DNA of 64,000 bases from a virus. Both the position numbers and the translations under genes were made by a program. Positions within the stretch are counted from its first letter, which is position 1; each line of letters begins with the position of its first letter. The DNA lies in the IMG/VR virus record IMGVR_UViG_3300024358_000010; one strand, 5' to 3'. A model generated the notes under the pieces. That model was not told the origin of the DNA and ran no database searches. It saw only the letters and a list, made by a program, of their open reading frames with translations. Positions 7,990 to 18,503 of this stretch are shown one piece after another.

Positions 7990-8728
7990 TTAGAGGGTAT
8001 AAATAGGAGGTCAACATGGACAATGCGCAGCTCAAGTCTCTCGAAGAGATCCTGACTTATCTCAACTCGATCGACATAGCTGAAGATCCAGACACTTTCG
8101 AGTATTTATCTGGCATACGCGACCAAGCCAGCCGTATCATGCGCGACACTATACAGTGGGTCGAAAGGGGATCACTATGAAAGTGGTATTCACCGACGAC
8201 GAGCTGATGCTGATGGCCGACCTCGTCGAGGATGCGCTGACTCGAGAGCCGAACCGAGACGATCTCAAGCAGCTGATGTCGCGGCTCGCTTACTTAACCA
8301 CCACCAAGTGGGAGGTCTAGCATGGATATTAACCAGGAGAAAGTGCTGCTGCTCAACGGCATCGCACACCTCAAATACGAGCTCATGCTGACTCGCGGTC
8401 CAAGAAGTATCGACATCCTCGAAAGGCTTGAGACGCTGCGTAATTGCCTCGAGATCTTGATCAGCAAAGAACTTCGAATCTTTTCCAAGGAGATCTAATA
8501 TGAAAGCGTTGACTAGCGCCGAACTCAAGAGGATCTACAAGGGTAAGCGTCCCAAGTCAGCCTGGGAAGTTCTTCTAACCCCGCCAAAGAAAGGATAGCG
8601 TGATGCTTGCTATGCAGATCATCAAAGCCACCGCTGTAGCAGCGACCATGCTGCTGATCGTCGCCGCGGTGAACATCGCTGTAAAGATCATCCGAATCAA
8701 TAAGTAAGTATAATAAACAGGAGGTTAT

Positions 8729-8965
8729 ATGGCTTACTCATCCATCCACAACGTCGATACTTCACTCAAATATGTCGTCCGCCTCGACGGCGAAGTGATC
8801 CGCAGGGATGTTCAACCGCACCACGTCAACTCGATCGTCTACTCGCTCGAGTCCGAAGGTATCAGCATCAGTGACGAGATCTGGAACGACGACGAGATGG
8901 CGGTTGATCTCATGACCACCACAGTCTTCGACGACTTCGAAACTGACGACGACTACATCGACTAA
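8729..8965 (+). CDS. acidic hypothetical protein
   Basis: AGGAGG RBS; motif at 8691. Confidence 0.7.
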   Translation: MAYSSIHNVDTSLKYVVRLDGEVIRRDVQPHHVNSIVYSLESEGISISDEIWNDDEMAVDLMTTTVFDDFETDDDYID

Positions 8966-8974
8966 GGAGCGACC

Positions 8975-9289
8975 ATGAGATACTTAGCTATCGCGCTGCT
9001 GCTCGGCGGCTGCGCCACGACCAAAGACGCAGACCAGCTCAGAACAGAGTTGACCACGACCCGGCTCCGCCTGGACGAGACGCGCTACCACGTTCAGATT
9101 GAATCCTGCCGAACCACCGCGCTCGTTTGTGGCCTTGTGACTAAGAACGAGGAGAAGTGTATCGATTCTTTCTCCGACTGCGTGACCTCGGCTATTGAAG
9201 GTTTCCGCATCCGATACGGCAAAGAACCCTCCGACCTCTTTGACAAGCTTGAAGTAGTAGACAAACTCGACCCCAAGCGTGCTCGCTAG
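8975..9289 (+). CDS. putative lipoprotein
   Basis: MRYLAIALLLGGC lipobox-like signal. Confidence 0.65.
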   Translation: MRYLAIALLLGGCATTKDADQLRTELTTTRLRLDETRYHVQIESCRTTALVCGLVTKNEEKCIDSFSDCVTSAIEGFRIRYGKEPSDLFDKLEVVDKLDPKRAR

Positions 9290-9508
9290 GGCGACCTCCT
9301 GATAAACCTCGGGGATCTACTCGGTCCCCGGGGTACTTCCCAACACAGCCGGGCCTCGCCGACACTGCTACGCCCACAGCCCACGCCCGACTATTTCCGA
9401 ATCTATCATTGAGTATAAGATGATGATGAAATTAAAATAATTGCTGCTGAGTTTATCCGATCCTATCTTTAACCATCGGGCAAATGTTATTGCCCAGCAA
9501 ACCAAGGA

Positions 9509-10033
9509 GTGTTATCCATGGCTATGAAGCAACGTGAAGCAGTCTACCAAGTCACCACCGAAGTCCTCGCCGCCAAAGGCATCGAGTTCATGCCCACCGT
9601 CACCGACGTGCGCGACCTCGTCAACTCCGAGATCCGCTCGGAGATCACCGACAAGATCGTGACCATGTTCCAAGAAGGTCAAGTGGAGTTCAAGTCTACC
9701 GAGTCCAACCAGGAGAAGATGTCCGACACCAAGAAGCTCCGCAGCTACGTCACCGGCCTCATCACCAACTGGTTCAACAAGGATACGCAGCTCAACGGCG
9801 GCGCCAAGTACGAAGCCAAAAACCCCGGTTCCCGCTCACCCGACGCCCAGCTGAAAGAGCTCCGCATCCTCAAGAAGCACCTCGAAGCCAAAGGTGACGC
9901 TGACGGTGTCAGCCGCTGCGACGAAGCGATCGCCCAGCGGATCGAGTTCCTCAAGGCAGAGAAAGCTCCAACTTCCCTCCCAGCCGTAGACCCAGACAAC
10001 CTCCCCGACTTCCTGAAGGACCTGGCTGTCTAA
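9509..10033 (+). CDS. early-like protein, paralog of 5714..6220
   Basis: Shared motifs; true start probably 9518 or 9524. Confidence 0.85.
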   Translation: MLSMAMKQREAVYQVTTEVLAAKGIEFMPTVTDVRDLVNSEIRSEITDKIVTMFQEGQVEFKSTESNQEKMSDTKKLRSYVTGLITNWFNKDTQLNGGAKYEAKNPGSRSPDAQLKELRILKKHLEAKGDADGVSRCDEAIAQRIEFLKAEKAPTSLPAVDPDNLPDFLKDLAV

Positions 10034-10039
10034 TCCTCC

Positions 10040-10067
10040 TAGGGAGGGAGACTAAACCTCTCCCTCC
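10040..10067 (+). terminator. stem-loop after paralog gene
   Basis: GGGAGGGAG-actaaac-CTC(T)CCCTCCC; weak U-tract. Confidence 0.45.
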
Positions 10068-10082
10068 CCTCCTTCTAAGGAT

Positions 10083-10626
10083 ATGAACCTTATGGCCGCG
10101 AAGCTATACCGCAAAGAACTAGTGCACAGAACTAAGTTCAACAAGATATACTCCATAAGGCCGGTGCAGAAGGTCCGCAAGTTCATCATGGCGCTCCATT
10201 TCTTAAATCTCGGTATAGATATCTCGCTGAACGCACCTAGAGTAAAAGTCGTCGACCAGAGACCCCGACCATGAAACCTGACCTATACGAAAAAGAAGCA
10301 GTCGGCCACAGTCGGACAGAAACGGTATACATGGTTAAACCCGTGCCCAAAGCTATACTGTTCATGCGAGTCCTACACCGTATTCGGGTAGAAAAGCAGA
10401 AAGCTTTCTGCAAGCTTGACTACGTGGAACGGAAGGATAGGTCGTGATGCGCAACCGCACCCCAAAGCCCCTATTCTCCAGGGAGAAGCTGCACAGCGGT
10501 CCCAGCAACCTGATCTACGTCGTCTCCCCAGTAGAGGAAGCCAGGAAGTTCCTGCTTACCCTCCACCTACTCTCCGTAGAGAGGAAGAACTTCTGGTCCA
10601 AGGTGGACTACCTGAAGAAGGGATAG
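10083..10626 (+). CDS. three tandem paralogous small ORFs (10083-10274, 10271-10447, 10444-10626)
   Basis: Each has L[YF]xxE-x9/10-YxxxPV-x5-FxxxLH; stop/start overlaps. Confidence 0.7.
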
Positions 10627-11893
10627 AGAGATGGACTTTGCCGACCACTACTACTCTTCAGACTCACTCTATATCTGCAAGAAGTTTATGGATCTACTCC
10701 AGGGCCTTAAGCTAGCTAAGCAAGAACCCTTCCCCTAGGAGAAGAGATGGACGACCGAACCGATCTGCTCAAGAAGAAGCTTGAGGAGATAAATGACCTG
10801 GCGCACCTGAAGATGATCTTCTTCACGCTGGCCCGCCTAGGTTTGGACATAGTGAAATATTAAGTGTTCCACTTAGTGGAAGTTGTTGGTTGGTGGGCGT
10901 CGCCACACCCCTCCCCTTTCCACTACACAACCATCGGCACCTTCTAAACCTAGAAGATACTACTTGCCCCAAAGACAGGGTGGAAAGCTTGACTACTTTT
11001 CCATTGCGATACTCTTCCCGGCTAGGAAAGCTGAGAAGTCTCTCTTTACCTATCCCATAAAAGGATGTTTATATGTCTGCTAGATGCTATGACGAGAACT
11101 GCATGGTTCACTTCTTAGAACTTGAAAGTTCTTTTGCCCACGTCTCTCCCCAGTTTGGTAACGTGAGGTGCTTGTGCTCCATCTCCGATAAGGAGACTTG
11201 GAGAGCCGCCCTTGCTGCTACGCTTGCGTATCGCTACCGCTTTCTTGAGGACATATAACAAGAGTTTGTTGCTTAGACCGTTATTTGGTAGAAGCCTAAC
11301 ATCCCAGGAGTATTGCTATGAACTATCAGCTCCAAATGGTTGAGCTTATTAAGGCCATTGCTCTTCTTTGCCAGACTGAGCTTGGAACAGAGTCGCCAGG
11401 GAGAGTGCTTGAAACCAGAAGGTTGTCTTGCATGTCCTACTATCTAACCTGCAGCTGTGATACCTCGCCTTCCGGCAACTTGACGTGCAACCCTAATATG
11501 TTTGAGAGGTTGACTGGTTGTATCTTGGAAAGAGCCCCGGTTAAGAGTAGGTGAAAGTATGGATGACCCTATTTCTAGTGAGGCTGAGAAATCTTTTGTT
11601 AAGGTGACTGGTCTTTTATGTAAAGTGAAGCTGGTTGACACAGAGACCTGGGTGGATCTGGTCGTAGATTTCCGATCCGAGGAATACGCACGTTCGTAAG
11701 CTTACTCAAACAGTAAACAAGGAGATTAAAGTGATCTTCGACATCCTCAACGTTATCGGCATTGTCATCACTGTAGTTCTTTTGTTTGGAGCTGTGAGCT
11801 TGTACCGCACCGTTCGCTCCTGGTTCCAACCCAAAGACTAGATCTCTTTACCTAAAGAGTGACGGAGGGTGAGCTTGTTTCTAATACTGTGAG

Positions 11894-12232
11894 GTGGGGT
11901 GCTTTGTGCAAATAAAAAGAGCTTACTGCGACATACTCTTAGATGGGTCAGATAGACCATACGTCGCCCTTCCTGAAGGTAATTTCATAGCAATATCAGT
12001 GCCGGATGGCGTTAGCTCTGGGTGGTTCACCTACCACCCCGAAGACCAGTTCGCCTACTACGAGTTTGATCCGTATCCACGTGACAAAGATCACTTTAGA
12101 TATCTTAGGTACCGAGCTTTCATGGGTTTAGGCTATACGCTTAAATTTTTGCACTTAATTAGCATAGGTGAGGCAGTTAGCTTGACCGGTGGCGTGTTTG
12201 ACGCGGTAGAAGAAAAAGATCTTAAAAAGTGA
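11894..12232 (+). CDS. hypothetical protein
   Basis: ORF within co-directional run. Confidence 0.55.
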   Translation: MGCFVQIKRAYCDILLDGSDRPYVALPEGNFIAISVPDGVSSGWFTYHPEDQFAYYEFDPYPRDKDHFRYLRYRAFMGLGYTLKFLHLISIGEAVSLTGGVFDAVEEKDLKK

Positions 12233-12620
12233 GTTGTTCTATCTATTTTCAGATAGTCTTCCAAGAAGGTATTTGGACTATGAGCCGGGGCTGATGTCTG
12301 ACCGAACGGGCTATGTCTTCACGGGCTGCCGCATCTACCGCAAAGAGATCCTCGGTAAAGATGAGGCGTTCGCCTTTGTTTCGACTAGCGATCTCAAGAA
12401 GATATTGCGGAAAAGATTGGGTCACAAGGCTAACCAGTGCCAAAAGTAGGTCGATAGGTTGGGAGAGTACGGTGAGTATAGGTTCAGAACTAGCCCGCAT
12501 CAAGAAGATAGATCCGGACTACTACCGGTACGTGTGGCTGGCGATAGCCCTCGGTCTTGGCACTTATAAGAAGTTAAGGCTGATGAGGCATAAACTTAAG
12601 TAGGAACTTTGGGAGGGCTT

Positions 12621-12968
12621 ATGCACTATCACGCGCACGTTTACTGGTCCAGCGAGGGTGAGCGGGAAACCGCACTCTCGCTCAGAAAAGACTTAGAAGA
12701 TCTCGGTCTTAGCTTGGGCCGAGTCTGGGATGTCGAGGTAGGACCGCACCCGCTCCCGATGTACCAGGTGAACTACTCCGACTCGGACGCTTATGTAGTG
12801 GAGGAGTTGCTGTCGTCTTCGGGGCTTAGTGTTTTACTCCATGAGGACACGGGCGACGACCTGCGTGATCATACCGAAGGTGCCCGGTGGCTGGGTAAGC
12901 CGCTGGATCTAGACCTGGAATGGCTGCGCGCCTACGCCGAGATGAAGCTGGACAATAAGGAAGTTTAA
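12621..12968 (+). CDS. DOPA 4,5-dioxygenase family protein
   Basis: YHAHVY, VGPHPLPMYQV, SVLLH..TGDDLRDHT..ARWLG.PL.L family motifs; GGAGG RBS. Confidence 0.85.
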   Translation: MHYHAHVYWSSEGERETALSLRKDLEDLGLSLGRVWDVEVGPHPLPMYQVNYSDSDAYVVEELLSSSGLSVLLHEDTGDDLRDHTEGARWLGKPLDLDLEWLRAYAEMKLDNKEV

Positions 12969-13809
12969 GCGTTGAAAACCTTAATAATCAAAACTTTAAC
13001 CGCCTGGGTGGTCGTAAACTGCGGTGACGGCTCTGCCAAGAGCGGTGCTGAAGTTGATTCCGCGTCGGACCACGTGGTGGTGATCTGTGTTCCGCCTGAT
13101 GGCGCCAACTCTTATTTGAGGGTCGCTCGCCTAGGCGGTGAGATGTGCCCCAAGAACCACGTTGCTCTTGACTGGTGCAGTCTAGCAAAATAATCAAGCA
13201 AGTATAATCCCTTAGCTTTCAAGGGGGAATACGATGTACATCCAGATATACGCTTGGTTTATATTGATTACTTGGCTGGGTTTGGCTTATTACTTCCACG
13301 GCAAAGAAGTCCCAGAGGACATGCGGGTCATCGACTTCCGCCGGACATTCACCTCGATCCTAGCTCATCTGCCGATTTTTGGCCGCGTGTTTGGTTGGTG
13401 GTGATCAATGGATGAGCGCTCCGTCAGGATATGGCAGCTCGCCCACACGCAAGATGCGCTTGAGATCCAGCGTTGTAACTCGCTGATATGGCGACTGCTG
13501 ATCACAGTTATCCGCCTGAAGATGGTGGCAGAATGAGGAAGTACGTCGCCTGCAAAGCATTACCAGTTTACGAGTGCGCCATGCTTTTTGGTGGCCGAAA
13601 CGGTTTTCAGAGGGCCAACCGCGCGTTGTGGATGCTGGTTCTCACAGCGACAAGATTAAAGATCCTGCCGCAAGGCGAGCCGTTAAGATGGCCGTAGCGA
13701 ATCCTTTTGGCCATTTTAATGAACAATCCATGTCTTACCGCGAATATCTTGCCCGCGGTAAGATGCGTGTTTCCGATCATATAATTCCTTACGAATTAGG
13801 AGGTTGCAC

Positions 13810-14397
13810 ATGAACATGGAAAGCTACGAAGAATACAAAGAAGTTAGACAGAAAATAAAAGCGCTTCTCGCTGAAAAAGAAGAGTGGCTTTCTGAGCATT
13901 GGCTTGAAGCTCATGAAGACCTGGTGCGGGATCAGTTCGCGGAGGAATTGAGTTCGCAGCCCGATGACGCGGTTAATCGACTGATATCCGAGCTAGACGA
14001 TGCTCACAGAAAACTATTCCATTATCTTTCTGGTAAAGAAATCGTAAACTTACTGAGATCTAAGATAACTGACGAGCAGATCGCAGATGTTCTCATCGAC
14101 GCTGGCGAGATCTATGAACGAAAACCAACTTCCTACTTGTCTATTGCTTGTTTTGCACGCTCCGACTTTGAAGCAGATGTCTTTATTGACGATCATAAAG
14201 ACTTAGCCGATCTCGTTGATCTGCTTCCCGACGATAGCATTTTCAAGAAAGATATGTTCACAGTTAACGTAGACATTGGTCCGTTTTATTTCTGTGTCAA
14301 AGCAGACGCTTTTCTTAAAGAAGTTGAACACTTAATAAATAATGCTCTAGCAGAAGGTTACATCAAAGAATTGCTTGAGATTGGCTCAGATGCGTAA
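13810..14397 (+). CDS. acidic hypothetical protein
   Basis: AGGAGG RBS; TCCGATC at 13772. Confidence 0.75.
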   Translation: MNMESYEEYKEVRQKIKALLAEKEEWLSEHWLEAHEDLVRDQFAEELSSQPDDAVNRLISELDDAHRKLFHYLSGKEIVNLLRSKITDEQIADVLIDAGEIYERKPTSYLSIACFARSDFEADVFIDDHKDLADLVDLLPDDSIFKKDMFTVNVDIGPFYFCVKADAFLKEVEHLINNALAEGYIKELLEIGSDA

Positions 14398-14658
14398 CGG
14401 CCAAGATCCATTAGTGCCAAGAAGGTTTCTCAAATCTTTGGAAAGACTCAGGGTGTTCTCGGTCCCATTGGGTAGATTAATCTGGTTAAAGGCCGGTTTT
14501 AACGACTTAAAAAGTCCTTGGAGCGATAACTTCGTCGACGATTGGACATAATTTGGAAAACGAATTTCGCATATTAAATATCGCTGAGACCATGAAAGAT
14601 CTTCGTATAATATCCCCAGAATATTTCTGGGAAATTTGGCATTATCTAGCTCTGAGGA

Positions 14659-15033
14659 TTGCAAGGGATTATGACTCAAAACCATGAACGACGAGTTATG
14701 ATGTACAGTGCTGCCGCCATCTTCTTTGTGTTCGCGATGTACTTGACGTTCTCTTTTTCTTTTATAAAGCCAAAGACTACGGTTCAGGTTTACAAGGGTG
14801 ACGTGGTTAAGTTTGGGTGGACGCCAGACAATGTCTTCTACAGCAAGACGTGCACCGACTACGGCACAGCGATCGACCAGTACGGAGGAGCGGACCACCC
14901 CGCTTATAAGGTGATGATCGTCTGTACCTCAAAGAACAAAGTGGAATTTATTCCAATACTTATCCAACCTGAAAATGTTGTGTCCTCTTCGCGGGAACCG
15001 CTCCCAACGCCGATAGATGACTTAGTAGAATGA
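14659..15033 (+). CDS. membrane-anchored protein, paralog of 15289
   Basis: N-terminal TM; C..G.....YG......YxVxxxC. Confidence 0.6.
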   Translation: MQGIMTQNHERRVMMYSAAAIFFVFAMYLTFSFSFIKPKTTVQVYKGDVVKFGWTPDNVFYSKTCTDYGTAIDQYGGADHPAYKVMIVCTSKNKVEFIPILIQPENVVSSSREPLPTPIDDLVE

Positions 15034-15288
15034 GGTACGGAGTAAAGTCAATACTGATTGACAGTGTGATCAAAGGTACTTATTCCGAGCGATCTACGGT
15101 TGGCGGATTTGCTTGGATACTTTTAAAGTTAAACTTATCTAGATACCCCATCGTAACTCGCTGGATGAACAGGGAGTTTTACAACAACAGATGATAAAGA
15201 GTAAACCGAATCCTGAAACAGCGTGGAAACTCCTCTTGGCCGCTAAGAGGCTGAAAATATATAGTCTTTCCGATAGAAAAGCCATGGC

Positions 15289-15675
15289 GTGGGCAATATC
15301 ACTTTACGAGTCTTTAGCATGAAAAAGTACATATCAATCATATTGGCGGCATTCTTTCTGGTAGGCGCCGGACATGTCCCTACAAATAAGAAGTATTTTA
15401 AAAAGCCGTCTTTCTCAAGAAAAAGACCAAAGAACATACCAATCAGAAAACCTAAACTATATAAAACACATAAACTAATTTACTTTACGTGGCCTATGGG
15501 TCTCGAAATGTTTGGGGCGGAATGTCCCAACAAAGGTTTTGTGCAGGAAGTTTACGGTCAACCACCTAATCTCCTTTACGAGGTGCGGGTAGAGTGCAAA
15601 GGTGACATCGAAAAGTACGAACACTTCTTTCTAATTCATCAGTCGCAGATAATCAAGATCATAAAGCGCGGATGA
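15289..15675 (+). CDS. membrane-anchored/exported protein, paralog of 14659
   Basis: MKKYISIILAAFFLVGAG signal; CPNKGFVQEVYG...YEVRVEC. Confidence 0.6.
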   Translation: MGNITLRVFSMKKYISIILAAFFLVGAGHVPTNKKYFKKPSFSRKRPKNIPIRKPKLYKTHKLIYFTWPMGLEMFGAECPNKGFVQEVYGQPPNLLYEVRVECKGDIEKYEHFFLIHQSQIIKIIKRG

Positions 15676-15789
15676 CAGAAACCGCACTAGATTTAATTTA
15701 GTGCGCAATGGCAATTTACCCCATAGCAAATGATTTGCTCTTAGTTTAAAGACTGATTCTGCGATTCTGAATTTATTTCCGATCATATT

Positions 15790-16254
15790 ATGATCCATAA
15801 CACAGACGGAGGTTTTATGTCGAGTTCGTCAATGGGGTTCTCGATGCCGAGATTAGTAAAAGCAAACCTTCAACTGATACTTGGAGATAAATATGACTCA
15901 TTTCTGTACGGGAGCATCCTCGCCTTCAAGGAAGCTTTGGCGGTTAAAATTAATAAAATTCGCATCGATAAACCTAATGATAAGTATTACACAACATTCA
16001 GCAAATCGTATAAAATACCAAACACAAACCTGAAACTTAAGTTTCAATCAACTATCTCTTTCAGAGATTATTCTAAGTTCTCAGGGCATGCTTCGTCTAA
16101 TCGGCAGGAAGAATATTGGTTTGATCCCAAGGCGACCCATGTTAAAGTCACAATACCGGCTTTTCAAGGAACAGACCACTACGGCTTCAATGATGTGCTT
16201 AACGAAGCTATCGCACACGCTTTCGATAAAGAAATACTGGGAGTAGGCAAATGA
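15790..16254 (+). CDS. hypothetical protein
   Basis: GGAGG before ATG 15817; TCCGATC at 15778. Confidence 0.7.
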   Translation: MIHNTDGGFMSSSSMGFSMPRLVKANLQLILGDKYDSFLYGSILAFKEALAVKINKIRIDKPNDKYYTTFSKSYKIPNTNLKLKFQSTISFRDYSKFSGHASSNRQEEYWFDPKATHVKVTIPAFQGTDHYGFNDVLNEAIAHAFDKEILGVGK

Positions 16255-16807
16255 TACCGTTCGCTTTATTCTTTTTGTGCGTGATGTTTGGTGTTTACGT
16301 AATATTCGTACCATGAGGCTTACCATGAAACATAGTATCGGCGATACTGTCTCCTACCAAGAATTAACTGGAAAAATCATCAACGTGTTTGATGCTCCAG
16401 CTGGAACTGTGCTTGAGATCGAGTGCCCAGCCAAAGTTGAAGGTGACCTCGACACCATCCTGTGGATACCTGAGGCAGAGCTCTCTGCCCCTAAAAAGGG
16501 GATCACGACATGAGCTTTAACGGCTTGCTTTTATTACTGTTGCTGGCCGTGCTACTCTCGTTGCCGGGGCTCACAATGGCCGACATTATTTCGCCGTTCA
16601 TGGCCAGCATGATCAGCCTTGGATCTACTTACTTAGTCTTAATATTTTGGCAATCTTAATGAAACACGACTCGGATATATACCAAGAATACTACAAGCAA
16701 ATTCTCGACCAGAAGAAGATGAATTTCTTTATCAGAACACTCACAACCCTCCGTCTCTCGGAGGATGTCCGATCTTATCCTGATTTTAATGATTTTGCCG
16801 TTTCATA

Positions 16808-17089
16808 ATGGGGGTTTATATGCTTTGCCGTGATTGCGGTTTTGACATGGAAAAACCTAAGAGATGGGGCTATGCCACGCTGTGCGACGCGTGTGACGAA
16901 GCCAGATACGAAGCGAAGCATGTCGGCGTCATGATTGCCGATGGTAAAACTGATTATGGAATTCAACTAGTTAGAAATCCAACCAAAGCTCAGGCCGAGA
17001 AGATCAGGAGTCTAGGGTTGGCGCACGACCCAAGAACTCAGTTGAGATTCACGGGCAAAGGTCAGCATAATGAGCGGGAAGAAAAGTAA
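16808..17089 (+). CDS. zinc-finger protein (CxxC..CxxC)
   Basis: LCRDCG...R..GYATLCDAC. Confidence 0.6.
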   Translation: MGVYMLCRDCGFDMEKPKRWGYATLCDACDEARYEAKHVGVMIADGKTDYGIQLVRNPTKAQAEKIRSLGLAHDPRTQLRFTGKGQHNEREEK

Positions 17090-17651
17090 TCTTATTGAAA
17101 CGACAGATCTTAATGTCGCCGACGCCGTGTGCATCGACCTTATGAACGTGGTGTTGTGCGATCTTCGTTTGCTGAGCCGCATATCGTGCGCTCAAATATC
17201 CGAGCGCCTCGACAATATCGTCCTCTTTGAGATTCAGTCTATATGAATGATTTTTACCGACGAGACGCAGAGCATTCAGCTTACTTTTTCGACTCGACCT
17301 ATCGACTGGGTCTTCTGGGTAAAAATGATTACGACAGAGTTTGGCGCGTGACGCGGAACATCATACTTTTCGAGATAGTCACGAGGAACGTTTGAGGTAT
17401 GGGCTAGGTGCCAGTTCGGGTACTTTGCTGAGTAAAATCAAATACAATTTTAGGTTGTTCCATCACAAAATAAATTTAGTGGATTCAACCGGTTATAACT
17501 TTTAACCGTTTATATTTTTCTGCTCAGAAGTGGAAACATAAAAGTCAACGATTTCAACTACTTTAAAATTAAATATTTTGACTCGACATCTGGCCGCTGG
17601 GGGTGTTAAAATAGAAATCAGTGAGTACAACTCTCCCAACCGGAGACACAG

Positions 17652-18473
17652 ATGATAAAGCATATCGCGGTCGTTGAGGGGTTTGAGAACTGGAACCAGT
17701 GGTACCAAGAGGGGCGAGTTGAGCTGACTAGCCTGACCTACGAAGGCGCCTTCCACCCCAACCAGGGCGTGGTACTCAAAGGCGGCGGGGCTAAGGATCA
17801 TGGTCTAGTCAAAGGTGACTACGTAGTACGAGTCGCTCAGTACTTCCCTTCCGGGGTCTCGCCTAAAAACACCGAGCAGACAATCGCGCTCGGTCTGCTT
17901 AACGATCCAGGCGTCCCACTCACCATACTCAGCGGGGTCGCAGGATCTGGTAAGACGATGCTGGCGTGCGCCCACGCTCTTGAGCGATTGGACCGCAGGA
18001 ATGACAATATCACCAAGATTGTCATCGCCAAGAGCATGACGCCGGTTGGCCGCGAGATCGGGTTCTTGCCCGGCGACATGCAAGAGAAGGTGCTGCCCTG
18101 GCTCGGTCCGTACCTAGACAATTTTATCAACTGCGGTTACGAACCGTATCGCATTGAGAAAATGATTGAAGAAGGCGTGCTTGAAATTACCCCAGTTACT
18201 TTTATTCAAGGCCGTTCAATTACCAATGCTGTCATCCTTATCGACGAGGTCCAGAACTTGGACATCAACGTTATTAAGCAGATCGTGACGCGCGCTGCTG
18301 CTGGTACGCAGATCATCTTGCTTGGCGATCAGACCCAGGTGTTTGAGCGACTCAACGGAAAGTCTATCGACTATCTTCTGCAAAAGGGTAAGTCGTCGCC
18401 GCTAGTTGGATCTATCCACCTGGAGAAGACCTTGAGATCACCGATCGCTGACTGGGCTGTCCACAATCTTTAG
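17652..18473 (+). CDS. phoH: PhoH-like ATPase
   Basis: GVAGSGKT, EIGFLPGDMQEK..PW, FIQGRSI, IDEVQN, GD.TQ, RS.IA motifs. Confidence 0.93.
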   Translation: MIKHIAVVEGFENWNQWYQEGRVELTSLTYEGAFHPNQGVVLKGGGAKDHGLVKGDYVVRVAQYFPSGVSPKNTEQTIALGLLNDPGVPLTILSGVAGSGKTMLACAHALERLDRRNDNITKIVIAKSMTPVGREIGFLPGDMQEKVLPWLGPYLDNFINCGYEPYRIEKMIEEGVLEITPVTFIQGRSITNAVILIDEVQNLDINVIKQIVTRAAAGTQIILLGDQTQVFERLNGKSIDYLLQKGKSSPLVGSIHLEKTLRSPIADWAVHNL

Positions 18474-18503
18474 ACATGATAAAATTGCTTAGGAGGAATT
18501 GTC

